Below, one piece after another: positions 1 through 12,600 of a stretch of 43,162 nucleotides of DNA (positions within the stretch are counted from its first letter, which is position 1; each line of letters opens with the position of its first letter). Location: positions 1 to 43,162 of the forward strand of contig UYFQ01000507.1 in NCBI GenBank assembly GCA_900617105.1, in the 5' to 3' direction. The stretch is from Hydrurus foetidus. Its lineage: Eukaryota. The notes below the pieces were generated by a model that saw only the letters and a list, made by a program, of their open reading frames with translations, searched no databases and was not told the origin of the DNA. The position numbers and the translations under genes were made by a program.

Positions 1-559
1 TATAGTAAGCGTTGAATTTATTCATTTTGATAATCTTAAAAAGAATATTGTTCTAACGGTGTTATTAACGGATAAGAATCTCACAGGAATTGATACTATA
101 GATGCGAATATTGTGAAGTACAACCCATCGGTGTGATTTGGTTTAAGTTATACCGCTTTGCCGTTGATTTGGTGAGATACAAAAGCATACATCAACACTA
201 AAAAAACGCCGATAAGAGAGAGCAATTCTTACTCTCGTACACTAACCGCGGCATTTTTCGAAATCAGAGATTTATTGTTTGTATGATAACGAATAATGAT
301 CGAGCGAACGTGAAATCCCAACACGACCGTACCGAATCTCAACGAAGATTTCCGGAATAATTGGCCGTGAATTTCATCGACCCGTTGAATATCCCATCAT
401 CCCATCCACATCCTTCGTCCCCCTACAGTACACCTACAGCCTACAGTATTACGACCGCAGAATAAAATATCCTCTCCAAGGGAAGTTTTGTGAACTTAAG
501 CAAGGGGGGGAAACCCATTTGAGCTCGAAAGGGAAGCTTTTAATTCCGGAGGAGTTTCG

Positions 560-704
560 GAAACGACAGGAAACCGTCAAATGGAGCCTGGGATTTGCCA
601 CCTTCCGTGTGGGAAAAAAATAAGAAGAAAAATGAGGAATGTTCCCCGCCGCTCACACAGACGATTTCAAATCCCATCTCCATTTGGCGGTTTCCTGTCG
701 TTTC
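560..704. repeat. ~37-bp imperfect inverted repeat pair, MITE-like
   Basis: GAAACGACAGGAAACCGTCAAATGGAGCCTGGGATTTG (560-597) vs CAAATCCCATCTCCATTTGGCGGTTTCCTGTCGTTTC (668-704); no clear TSD. Confidence 0.6.
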
Positions 705-906
705 AAAATATTTAAGTACCCCCCTTTGATTTCACTTTGGGCGTCGGACCGGACATTTTATTCTGCGGTCGTAATGCAGTAATTCGTAAATTGGAGACTT
801 GGTTCTACGAGCCCGCTAGTGGTGGATGTGCTCCGTATGTTGTGTGGGAAATGAAAATTAGTGTGTTTTTAATGCTTTTTATTTTTGTGTTGTTATTTAC
901 AGACAA

Positions 907-1410
907 TTATGTGCTTGGATGTGATTCTCTCAATCTTTTATATTCCTGTCTTATGATGTGTCTTTCCTGAGGGAAAGCACTAAATTGGTTGACTGTTAGT
1001 GGAGCAAGCAGAGTTAGTTTTGCTAATTCTGTTGGTCGCGAAGTGGCGACATAGTCAAGACCTCTTGCGAATGGTTTTTTGCTGACGGTTCGATTACAGC
1101 TCCAAACTTTGCTGTTGCACCTTGCATGTTGTGTGTTGTTGATGCGAATGCTGGTTCTAGTGGTATTTGCCATCTGTGACAATTTTTACTTTTTTGTCGT
1201 CAACTGTTGTGATTGCAACAAATGGTATTATATTGGGAATTGTCCGTGATATGGAATATCCAATCGGTAGGTCCATTTTTACAAATATAGTTGGTATTTC
1301 TCTGTCGATGACCTCATGGAACTCTGAGGGTTTAGGCATTAAACATGTTGGTATTTGTCCGATAAATGCGAAACCAACTCGATTTGATTTGGATGATGCG
1401 ATTCGATTTC
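907..1410 (-). pseudogene. C-terminal fragment of a PIF1-family helicase (Helitron-like), frameshifted
   Basis: Across frames reads PLEPAFASTTHNMQGAT...KPFARGLDYVATSRPTELAKLTLL, matching PIF1 motifs V (T.HK.QG) and VI (YVA.SR); the 5' limit is approximate. Confidence 0.7.
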
Positions 1411-1414
1411 AATA

Positions 1415-1551
1415 GAGTGTTTTTGCAAACCCGATTTCGCACTTTTCGCACCACGCCTAGATTGAGGAGCGTGCAGTAACGGTGAATTTGAGTGCGTTTA
1501 CGACAAGCAGTGCTGCGAAAAGTGGTCAAAATCGGGTTTGCAAAAACACTC
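1415..1551. mobile_element. 137-bp MITE with TA flanks
   Basis: TIRs GAGTGTTTTTGCAAACCCGATTT / AAATCGGGTTTGCAAAAACACTC, TA at 1413-1414 and 1552-1553. Confidence 0.75.
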
Positions 1552-2058
1552 TATACAAGGGGGTCTTTGTATACCCCCTTATTTCAATGATTCGAAAGAC
1601 TCGAGACCAACACGTGCGTGTGATTCCACGTGCAAAAAACTTGCCAAGGAATAAACGAGCCCCTGCAAAATCCTACCTTTTTCTAAAGTAAGGTGGAAGA
1701 TCCACCAATTCAGATCGATCCCAGTGATATACGAAACATGCACCGGAAAAATCCTCGAATCCTCAAATCCTCAAACGTCGACGTTACGTCGCTGTACCCA
1801 AGATCCTCGAAGTGAAGGGTGCGTTCGGTAAACGAAAATTACCCAAAAAAAGTGTTGTTTTCAAGAAAATCTGTAGTTTCTCGAGCCTTCAGTTTTTTTA
1901 CTGAAAAAGCTGTTCGGTAAAAAAGTTGAGGCGCGAGAAATCACACAAAGTTGTGGTGGAAACGATTCACCTGATTCATGAAGCGCGATAACTGAAGGTT
2001 TCTGTGATGCAACTTTTTTGCCGGCAGTTACAATCGTCACCTCAGCATATTTCTTGAG

Positions 2059-3083
2059 ATGTCGTCCAGCGTACAGATTAAAGCTGAGGGCTCAGTGAAG
2101 TGGATCGATGTGAACCGCAAGGTGCTCATCGATTGCCTTCTTGAGAACTCTGACGGTAGGTATTCAAATATCAAAATAAAAAATCTGCGTGGAAGTTAGT
2201 CGTAGCAGATTTTGCGACCAAAACAGGGCTGTCGTACGACAAGAAAATTCTTGCATCCCAGGTTCAATCGCTAAAAAGAAACTGGTCGACATTTGACCAG
2301 TTTGCAAATAACAGCGGCTTTGGGATGGATGAAAAAGGCATGGTGACAGCCGCGCCAGAATCGCTTAACACCTACTTTGCAACCCATCCCAAGGCGTCGC
2401 AATTTTCAAGGACTCCTCTCCCCTTTTATAAGTGAATCCTTTTCTCCAGTAAGTGAAGCTTTGATATTATGAAGGGGGAAACATAATTTAATTATCAAAA
2501 GTAACCAAAAAACAATTAATTTCAAATTTCAGTCGATACGGCCACAGGAAATTATGCTAAAGCTTCCGTAGGTCCGATTGGAAAAGCTCCTATCGCAGCA
2601 GCCTTGGATTCTTGGGAGGATCACAGCGTAGATTCCTCTACGGAGGAATCTGGAGAGGCGATTCTCGCTTCGCCGGAGACCAGCTGCAGCGACGTCGTGG
2701 TTGTCGACTGCGCCGAAATCGAGGTCTTGTCCAAACCAAAGATTAAAGATAATTTTAAGACGCCGGTGGTCAAGAGTCAGAGTGCTGGACGAATTGTCAG
2801 ACCTTATGTGAGGACTCCGAAGACGCCGAAGGAGAAGCCCGTGGATGTCTTCGCCTCCCTTCTGCAGGAAGTGATCTCCCAACAGAAAAAGTCTTCTGAA
2901 AGGACGACGCCTTTCGCGTCAGCCGTCGCCCTCTTCAAGACGGAGCACGCCTCTACTTTGAGATCTGCTCAAGTCATGAGCTTCATTTGTCTGCTTAGTG
3001 AACAGGACTCTTTAGTCAACCAATTCAATTCCTTCGATGCTGAGCAGAGAGCTGCCTTCATTCTTGCGAAGCTCGAGTTGTAA
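2059..3083 (+). pseudogene. Harbinger ORF1, Myb/SANT-like DNA-binding protein; intron 2449-2532, frameshifted
   Basis: MSSSVQ...KWIDVNRKVLIDCLLE...KSAWKLVVADF...NNSGFGMDEKGMVTA...HPKASQF...PLPFY, then exon 2 DTATGNYA; C-terminus in ORF 2604-3083. Confidence 0.75.
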
Positions 3084-3322
3084 TTGCCATCTTGTGCTTT
3101 GAATCTTCGCGACACGACCCCCCTTGTATTTTTTCAAATAACTGATCGAATCTTCTCCGAAATTTTCAAATTTTTGTTTTTCGTACGGTACGGTACCGTA
3201 CGAGTACGTTCAGCCGTTTCACCATCTAATATAGTTCTTTGTCAGTATTTACTGTATGACATTCGATACACTTAAGCAGCACTATAACGAAAGAGGTTAT
3301 CGATATAAATTGATTATTCTAA

Positions 3323-3703
3323 TTACAGAATATTCTGCTGAGCCATGACAATCAAATAATTTGCCCAAAGGGCATCAGCAATTCCATTGCGCCACAGCTT
3401 TAAAGCATTGTAATTTTCATTGTTCTCGTCGTCTGCCTGATCATCAGGTTGAATATTATTCTCTACCACTCCTTCGAGGTAGAAGTCGTCCTCATACAGT
3501 TGATTTAGACGAATAAAATTATGCAATAGAAATGTACAATGCACGATATCACTTTGAAATTCAAAAGGGTATGGACTCATTTTGACCAGTATAGGGAGTC
3601 TTCTCTTCAAAACACCATACATTCTTTCAATAACATTTCTAAGTGATGAATGCCTAAGATTAAATAATTCTTTAGCATTTTGAGGACCGTTAACATCGTA
3701 CTC
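3323..3703 (-). pseudogene. Harbinger transposase, C-terminal part
   Basis: EYDVNGPQNAKELFNLRHSSLRNVIERMYGVLKRR...LLHNFI; joins in frame to YHLKE at 18480 when Gypsy A is removed. Confidence 0.9.
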
Positions 3704-3918
3704 TGTGGCCTTGCCAGGATCTGGGCACTGGGAGCGGGACGGCTGGGAGCGGGAGCAAGGGAAAGGAAGCTGGGAGCTATTGCTATGGAAACAATGTGGT
3801 TAGCTTACAGATAAACACAGCAGGTATCATGGCAATGAATCGGATGGATCGGATCGTCCTCGATCCGGTCCGAACGTACGCCTGTACCCGTACAGCCCGT
3901 ACGGGTGTGCGGGTCACA
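3704..3918 (-). repeat. 3' LTR of Gypsy A (215 bp)
   Basis: Near-identical to 18260-18476 (two substitutions and a 2-bp indel seen); short purine tract AGAGAGGG precedes it on the minus strand. Confidence 0.95.
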
Positions 3919-4087
3919 GTGCCCTCTCTAAAGGGGTGTACTAAATGACAAAATTCATCATCAAAATACTAACTATGAGTAAGTAACTAACTTATTGAAT
4001 AACTATTTCAGACTAAGAACTGAAAGTTCCACTGAATAAACTTTAAAACTGAGGAATTTGGAGGTCCTTTGGAGTCTTTATTTTTGT

Positions 4088-7000
4088 TTACCGTTCGGTA
4101 CGGAACGGATGGTAACTTGAGTATTGATCATGGTTCCCGTAATGTGTGATTTCCTTGTGATTGTGGTTGAGCCATTTCACATGAAATGTGAGTGATTTGT
4201 ATTTTATGTTTCCTTTCATTTCTAGGATTTCCTCTATGAAGAATTCTAGATAATCTCTACGAGCAATGTCAGTTGGATCGACATGCGTAGGATCAAAGTG
4301 AAACGGTTTTAGTTGGGTCATGTGGTACAACTTTTCTTTGTGTGTTACCAGATCGAGTAATGTATACTCTGCGAAGTTATGGCTGACAACTCGCATTGGG
4401 CCGCGCCACAGTGTGTGCATGCGCGTTTCTGGTGATGTTCTTTGTTGGACAAGTACAAATGTGTCGACCCCGAACTGTGTGACGTTGGGAAGTTGTTGTG
4501 CATTGTGCAAGTCGTCGGATTCTTTGAGTAGACGTGCGGTGATTTCGATGAGTTCATCTTGCAACGTTAACATTTTATCAGTTGACCGTGTGAGTGAGTC
4601 GAAATCTAAATCAATTTCATCTCTCGGAAGGAGGATGTTTGCGTCGAGGTCGATCGCGTTGCCATAGATGAGTTGTGCTGGAGACACTTTCATCCGGTCA
4701 TTTACGGTTGAATTTAGTATTCTTTTGTACGCATTCCCAGCCATATGTTATTTGTTTTTTTTAAATTACGCAGTGTGCGTTGTACACCACCATATCCGAC
4801 TATCGTGTTGTGGCACGTTGCAATTAGGTTATATTGCTCTGTCGTTATTGGTTTGTGTGTCAGAATTGCTGCTATTATCCCTGTTTTAGGTAGCATTCTG
4901 TTTAAACATAGGCGAGACATTGCGTCAGCAATTTCATTTTGTTTTCCCGGGATGTACTCTATCGTATATTCTAGTTCCTGCAGGGCCATACGCCATCTGC
5001 CGACCATCTCATATTTATCCTTTTCTAGGAACGTAAGATTTTTGTGGTCTGTTAGGATTGTGAATTTACGGTCTCGCAGCAGTGCGTCGAGATAAGTACA
5101 GCAATAATATAGCGCGAAGGCTTCTTTTTGTATTACTGACCATTTCAGTTGAGTCTTGGTAAGAGACTTGCTTACGAGAGCGACGAGTTGTTTTTCTCCG
5201 TCGACTTCTTGATACAAATAGCCGCCGATCCGTAATCTGACGCATCGGTCATGAGGGTAATGGGCGCTATCGTGTATGAAATATAATAAAGGACTCTTTG
5301 CAATTAGATCTTTTATCTTTTGAAAAGAATTTGCGGCGTCATCTGTCCAGATTAGCATTGATTGCTTTTTCGCGGCGTGATCTATAATTTTGTGCAGTGG
5401 TGCTACCACGTTGGAGTGATTTGGTACATGATCCCGAAAATAATTGGTGAGTCCGAGGAACGATCTAAGTTCAGTCGTCTTTCTTGGCATAGGAAAGTCG
5501 GTCACACCTCTTATTTTTTTGGAACTCATAGTTATACCTTCTTTAGATATTTGTCTACCGACATATTCAACTATTCGCACATTTAGCTTTAGCTTTGCGG
5601 CTTTTAGTGAAATGTTTTTGTTTTCTAGGCGTTGAAAAAGGATTTCTAATCGCTCGCAGAATTGATCAAATCCATTACCATAAACGATGATGTCGTCGAG
5701 GTATACTTCACAGATTTGGTATATTAGTCCTAAAAGGACTATTGAGGCCATCATTTCTTGGAAATATGAGGGGGCTCTTTTGGGTCCGAAAGGTAGTCGG
5801 GTAAAGTGGTAGATGCCCATAAATGTTATGAAAGCTGTATACACACGTGTACTTAGTGTTAACGGTGCTTGGTGATATCCTGCTGTGAGGTCTATTACAC
5901 CGAATGTGTCTGCTTTTTGTGAACCTAATCTTGCTAACATTTGTTTAATATTAGGGATTGGCCAGCTTGCTGATTCCGTTGCGTCGTTGAGGTGACGATA
6001 GTCGATACAGAATCGGTATGAACCGTCTGGCTTTGCCGCGAGTGTTACTTGCGAATAGTATGATGCCTCTGATTTGACTATTATACCCTGTTCAAGCATA
6101 GTTTCAACTTGTTTTCGGATTTCGACTTGTTTTCGTGTAGACGTTGGTCGTGGTGCTACGCGGTTTTTGAAAACTTTCCACTCTGGATCCCGTACGGGTA
6201 GTCCAAAGGGGGGAATTCGCGCGGGCTCTGGTCCGAGTTTGTTGTTAAATAGCTTTATGTGTTTGACACAAATTGCTTTAATTTTTGCTTGTTGTTCAGG
6301 GGTACCATCGATTTGTATTAGATCGATGAGGTACATTTTGTCCTCTGTTGGATTGTCTTGGAAAGGAGCGAAGGTATCCTTCGACTTGTAGTCAATCTCT
6401 TCGGGTCCGAAGGGTTGAACCTCTGGGAGTTCTTCACGCTCCCGGAGTAGAGCAGCAACTAAACCACGTGTTTGGGCTGGTGCCTTGGATGAGGGAGTAG
6501 GAGTAGCTAATTCCGGACTCCTGTCGGTTGTTACACCTAAATCATTTTGTCGGGGAGGTGACAACAAAACTGCTGCCTCGACCGTAGAGTGCAAAATGAA
6601 CTCATCAGAATCTAGCCTAGCCGCTGCCGCAGCTAAGCTAGTGGGACACCCACATGAAGGAGTGCATGTCTTGCTTGTACAAGCACCTCGAGCCACCAGG
6701 TCGTCTTGCCATCGACTGTCTGTGTCTGAGGGTTTTATCCCCTCTCGGCTAGTTATAACCGGAGGTATGGTTGGATCTGTAATGCTCGTAACTGTGTCCG
6801 ACTCTGCTTCTAGCATGAGTGGAACGTCCACGTGGTTTAATACCATGTTTGTGGATTGATTCAGTTTTTGTAATGAGTGAATTTTTTCATTTTCGATATT
6901 TTCCGGAGATTGGAAAAATTCCGGAATAATTTAACAAATTTAATTTTCTTATTGTCTCCAATCCTAAGATTAAGTCGACTTTGGAATCTTCTGCAATTCG

Positions 7001-7471
7001 CACCGGAAGAGAAAAAGTGTATTTTAAACCGTTTTTGTTAAATGATACAACAATATCAAGCACAGCAGTGGATTCAATACATTGATTGTTTAGACCCAAA
7101 CACATCCATATGGGAGAGTCGGTGGTGCGAAGTTGGGGTTCACCACGTAGGCCCCGAAGGACTCTACGATTGATTACGTCCCCAACTTGACATCCGGTGT
7201 CGATTTGGGCTGGGGCGGCCATGCCGTTATTTTGGTCCATAGCTGGAGGAAGATTTGGGTGGGGACCGGTCTCGATCGCGGCGATCTTTGTCTTTGTCCT
7301 TTTCCGCTTGGCGCGAGTCGTCTTTGCGGTTGGAGTCGCGGTCGCGGCTGTCAACTCGGTCGCCAAAGCGGTAGCCGGGGATTGGGTCTGAGGAAGATAT
7401 ATTGTTACTTGTAAGTAATCATCAATCTCGTTAGGTATGATTGTTGATAAAAGCATTTGCATGTTTGGCAA
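4088..7471 (-). pseudogene. Gypsy A pol: protease, RT, RNase H, integrase lacking its core, chromodomain
   Basis: AQIDTG (PR); FCIDYR, DLTAGYHQ, PFG, VYLDD (RT); TDH/ADAMSR (RH); LWRGPMRV; EFFIEEIL...FHVKW (chromodomain). Split over ORFs 6887-7471, 4714-6846 and 4088-4744. Confidence 0.9.
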
Positions 7472-7658
7472 AATACGATTTTCTGAGATATTTTCCGCAT
7501 ACGGAATTTTGGACTCACGTTTTCCTTTGTACCCGCGGTCTTTGATGTCGCGAGTATCGCGATTTTCGTTGCGATCGGTGTCGCGATTGTCTTTGCGGTC
7601 GTTGTCGCGGTTGGACCGGTCGTTGTTGCGATTGTTGTTGTTGTTGTTGGCTTTGGCC

Positions 7659-7987
7659 TATGCTGTGTCACGGTTTCAGCAACTGGCTGAAGACGAAGCT
7701 TTGAGTTTCAAGTTGGGCAAATGGGCGCAACAGGTTGGCTTGTCAGTCAAATGGGACTGATCAAGGAGATTGGCTGACTCAATTGAGTCAAAGTTGGTTT
7801 GGGTGGTTTAATAACGGTAGTTAATTAAGGTGTGAAAGGAGTGCGAGATTAGAGCTATACGAGCACACTGCAACTTGAAGTTTCCGAACAATCAGAAATT
7901 GAAAACTGATTCGAAAACTAGTGGTTACAAGCAAAGTTCAATGTGACTGTACGTACGTGTGAGTAATATATAGTGGAGACTATAACA
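7659..7987 (-). repeat. 3' LTR of Gypsy B
   Basis: Direct repeat of 15286-15614; minus-strand ends TGTTA...CATA. Confidence 0.95.
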
Positions 7988-7999
7988 CCACCCCATTCC
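7988..7999 (-). promoter_or_regulatory. Polypurine tract of Gypsy B
   Basis: GGAATGGGGTGG immediately upstream of the 3' LTR on the minus strand. Confidence 0.7.
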
Positions 8000-8358
8000 G
8001 GATGAAAAGTGTGATTAGGGTTGGAAATGAATAAATACAAAGTCATTACTACATCTCTGTGAGTTCGTTTATGAAATTGTATCGCTATAATAGCTTAATT
8101 AAAAATAAGTGGTTGGGTGGAAGTTGACGGGTTCGAACCCCTGCAAAATGCAGCTGAAGTGAAAATTAGACCAACAGGTGTGGCGTAAAAATTTTTCATG
8201 GCACTTTTCAGGGCACGCCAGGAAATGTGACGTGGCTGCAAAATGGAAATTCCAAGAAACGAAAAATTTCGCGACGCGAAATACTCTACTACTCAGCACT
8301 CAGCACATATTGAAGTTACAACTTCACCAATACACTAGGAGGGTTACAATATAGCAAA

Positions 8359-8997
8359 ATGTCAGGTGAATTTCTTCCATCGAAGAATTTATGCATGGCG
8401 GCGGCAATGGTTCTACCGCTGTCAGCGGAGCAACAGCAGTGGATGAGGTTGGGCGATGACGCAGGCAACACATTCAAAAAATCATTGGGATTGAATATAG
8501 ACGACAAGCTTCATTACGGAGCATCTGTCGAAGACGCATCGACGTATCTGAAGTATGTGTGTGCTAGGAACAAAGAGCTTGGGATTAAGTTAAAGTACGA
8601 GTTTCGGAGAGTCACAGGAAGGCATGGAAAGAGCCGTCGGTGGAATGCACATTCGATAGAGAAGACAGTTGTAAACAAGAAGGGAATTTATGTGGTATAT
8701 GGCAAAGCAAAATGGTTGAACAAGTTGCACACGGCACTGTTGAAGAGGATTAAAAAAGCAAATTGCGTGGGTGAAGAATTGGAGATTTACAGCATGGTGG
8801 CCAAGGGATTAAGCAGGATGGATCACGCCATTAGCATTCGTAGTGATGAAAACGGCGTCAGAATTTTTGATAATGCATGCACTAATGGTAGCATTAAATA
8901 TAATGTTCTGAATTTGGCAAGCAAAATGATTGATTTGACGAATTGTTATTATTTCGATTTGTATGAGAAGGGTAACAAGTCAAAGATAATTAAGTAG
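8359..8997 (+). CDS. Antisense accessory ORF in Gypsy B, 212 aa, putative papain-fold cysteine peptidase
   Basis: Uninterrupted ATG-TAG ORF between pol and the 3' LTR; motifs KNLCMAAAM, DHAISIR and VRIFDN in papain-like Cys-His-Asp order; the product is inferred. Confidence 0.6.
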   Translation: MSGEFLPSKNLCMAAAMVLPLSAEQQQWMRLGDDAGNTFKKSLGLNIDDKLHYGASVEDASTYLKYVCARNKELGIKLKYEFRRVTGRHGKSRRWNAHSIEKTVVNKKGIYVVYGKAKWLNKLHTALLKRIKKANCVGEELEIYSMVAKGLSRMDHAISIRSDENGVRIFDNACTNGSIKYNVLNLASKMIDLTNCYYFDLYEKGNKSKIIK

Positions 8998-9609
8998 AGT
9001 TTATTTTAGGGGGCAAGCCCACATTTTGAATGCCGTCCTCACATTATAGCTTCGGCTATGCTTCAATGAGTTGGAAAAAAAATGTGGTCAAGCCTCAGAC
9101 GCTTGGTATTAGCTTATGGATGTCATCGGCGGATTACTTTAAGGTAAGAATTTGATAGATTGTTGTAAAATAAATTTAATTATTTATTTCACGTATGTAA
9201 CATATTTAAATTTGTTATTTTTAATTTTTAAAATGACTCATATAATTATTTTAAATTTGTCAAATGACCTATTTAATTGTTATAAATGTGCAGAATAAAT
9301 TATTTAATCATTTATAATGCGTATTTATGTCGTGTATAACTATCGTACAGTATGGAATTATTATTTCATGTGTGTAAATATATTTTGACATGCGTTATTA
9401 ATAACTTACACATAGAATACATGAAGTAAAATTGTTGTTTGACATGTTATGTGAATTGTATGATGTGTGTAGTTGTCAATTTATTAGTGTGATTGTGGAT
9501 AATTGAATTTCGATGTGTATGAATATTTATCAAATGGAAAACATGCAGAATAGTAATTTATTTATGTGTCATATGCATATTGAATACATATGAGTGTTGT
9601 CGTGTAGGA

Positions 9610-12600
9610 CTATTGTGTAGAATTAACATTGTTTGACATGTCATTTGCATGTAGATGTTTATTTGTATTGTCGTGGGACAAGATTAGACATATTGTTTGC
9701 ATATAAATAGTCATGTACAACTGACACTTTTTAACTTCTGCCCATGGCTCCCATGTGTCATGTTCTGATGAGTAGTTGTGCCACCTGATTAGGAATTCTA
9801 GACTTGTGACTCGTTTGGAATCTCCTCTGTGACTTATGACTGAATCAATAATGTACTCATCTCGATCGAGCAGTGCTGCTGAAGTCGCAGCATCGGAGGA
9901 ACCTACGAATGGGGTGACGCGGCTGGAGTGAAGCTTCGAGACAATATTCGTGATGACGTGTCTGCAGGTGATATCATTCTTAGTTTGCTTTATTACTTCG
10001 TAGGGCCCAAGAAGTTTCGGAGAAAGTTTAGTGGATCGAAACGATTGTGGGGTCTCAAGTGGATTCCACAGAAGGTAGTCTCCGGGTTGATATTTGTTGT
10101 GTGTCGGTGTTTTAGCTAGCCGTTGAAGGCGGAGAGTTTGTTGGTACGATGATGTTATGGATCGAACAACAGAGAGATTGCGGTCAAGAGCAATCACTAG
10201 ATCACCGTAGGAGTGACCTGGTGATAGAGGAGGAGGTAAGTGAAAGCGAGCGTAGTCACGAGTTCCGTATTTTAGTTCAGCTGGTGTTACACCGCCTATC
10301 TCTGCGTTAGGCATCGTCATCATTGCGTGATTGATGAGAGGGAGCACGGTATCTGAGGCCCATTTGTTGGTGAATCGCTCGTCATGGACGAGCCTGCGCA
10401 GATGCCCCAGAAAGAGGGCATTAACGTGCTCAGTGCCGTTAGACTCATGGCGTCCAACAAGAGATATGCGGTGAGGTATTCCAAGCCATCGATTAAGATG
10501 ATCGAGGATGTCGGCAGTGAAAGCACTACCGGGGTCGGAGTAAATGGAGTCGTATGTGCCAAAGGTACAGTAGTGCTTAAACAAGACAGTAGCGGCTGTG
10601 TAGGCACTGTAGTCTTTGACAGGATACGCTTGTGGGAATTTGGTATCAAGTTCAACAACGAGAAGTAGACCAATGTAGCCGTCTTCGTCAGCTGGAGTAA
10701 CAGAGACGTGATCGAACCCAATTGAACGAGGATGGTGGAATAATGTTTCCCGAATTTCGTTGTACGGGATGGTCTTCAAAGGAAGACGGTCCTTCTGACA
10801 GATGGGGCACTCATTCACAAGATCCTCGACGACACGTACAGAGATGCCGTGACCAGGGAATCGTCGACAGAGGGCGAGATAGGTACGTTTAGCACCGTGA
10901 TGTAGAGATCGGCCACCGTGTACCGCGTCGAACATGTCTTTAGTCGTAAGGGATTGTAACATGGGTGATAGAGTGGATGGTGGTTGAGTGAGAGGGTGCA
11001 TACGCGACAGCCAGTCTGCCACAGTGTTGTCCTTTCCAGGAATATGCTTAACAGTGAAGACATAACTTTGTAGGAGAACACGCCAGCGGACTACTATGGG
11101 AACTTGACTGGTCTCAATCCAGACTAAGTTTCTATGGTCAGTCTCCAGTAGGAATGACTTACCACGGAGGTAGTATCCAAACTGAGTTACAGCGTAGTAT
11201 AAGGCATACGCTTCTTTCTTGAATGTGTCCCAATTGACAGCGGCACCAGAGTACTTATGCGAGGCGAAGGCGATTGGCTGATGGATGATGGTGTCTTGGG
11301 AATCGGTGAACTCTTGAAACAGGACGGCTCCTACAGCATGGTCGGAGGAGTCGGATCGTATGATCCAAGGTAGTGTATAATCAGGGAAGTGCAATGTGAC
11401 TGAGTCAGTTATAGCGACCTTAAAGAGTTCGAAGAGATGTTCGTAGTCTTTAATCCATGTTGACTGATCCCAGTTAAAACCAGTGGCTGTGCACTCGTAC
11501 AAGGCAGACGCCCATGAGGCGAAGTTGGGAATATGTGTATGGAAGAAGTTGGCTGCCCCTAAGAAGCTTTGCATTTGCTTCTGTGATGTAGGGAAGATCA
11601 TTGATGAGATAGCGCTTTTCCTAGCATCAGAGAGTTGCCAAGATCCTGGATGCACTTCATAACCGAAGAATGTAACAATGTCGGTGCCTATCCAAGACTT
11701 TTTAATCTTTAAAACAAGTCCATTGCTTTGACAGCGAAGTAGTACTTTCCTCAGTTTGTTAAGAGCATCTTGATAGCCTGAGGCCAGTACTAAGAAGTTG
11801 TCGAAGATAACAATGATCCAGTCGTCAAAATCAGCAAAGATTCTACGAACTATAGACTGAAGTATACCAGATGCAGGTCCGACACCCTCAGGCAGAAACT
11901 TCGGTCGAAAGAGTCCCCAGGGTGTGGACACTGAGAGTAGGTTAGAACTGAAATCATCGATAGGTATTTGGTGGAAAGAGTTTGTCATATCAAGATCGAC
12001 AAACACTTTCCAGCCAGCAGCTTTCGCAAGAGATTGTTGGACATGGGGTATGGGCTCTTGCGGGATACTGATGTATGGATTGATGGGGCGATAGTCACCA
12101 CAGAGCCGAATGAATGGAGAGGTTGCTTTCGGTGCAATGACAAGTGGACAGGCTATTGGAGATGTCGATACTTCGTAGAAGTATGTGCGCATTCTATCAA
12201 ACTCTGCTTTGGCGTCTTGATACAAAGCTTGCCGGACAGGGCGGGCTCGAGCTCTTAGAACGTCAGGTATGCCAGGCTTTATGTCGAGATGACATGGAGC
12301 CATGTTTATTCCCTTCCATGTGCTCGGGACAAATACGTCGTGTGCAAGTTCAGATTGGAGTAGTTCCATAATGGCTGGACATGCAGCTCGTATTTGAGGA
12401 GTGACGTGGGTGGCAAGATCGGAAGTGTAGATTGCTCGAGCTTCCTTCAGTGTAGTGGAAAGGTAGGCGAGGATATCATCAGGAAAGCTGGTTGGGTCAG
12501 GAGTGTTTAGCTCTTCAGGTGCGAGGGAATCAATTGGCTTAGACCAGGGTTGCATCATATCACCAGGATCCGGACTACATAGGAGAGCGCTTAAGGCATC

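Noticed and set aside
806..836. Helitron 3' terminus (hairpin plus CTAG)
   Set aside because: Hairpin is weak and the orientation relative to the helicase remnant is ambiguous
8359..8997. env gene
   Set aside because: Antisense, short, and with no transmembrane segment
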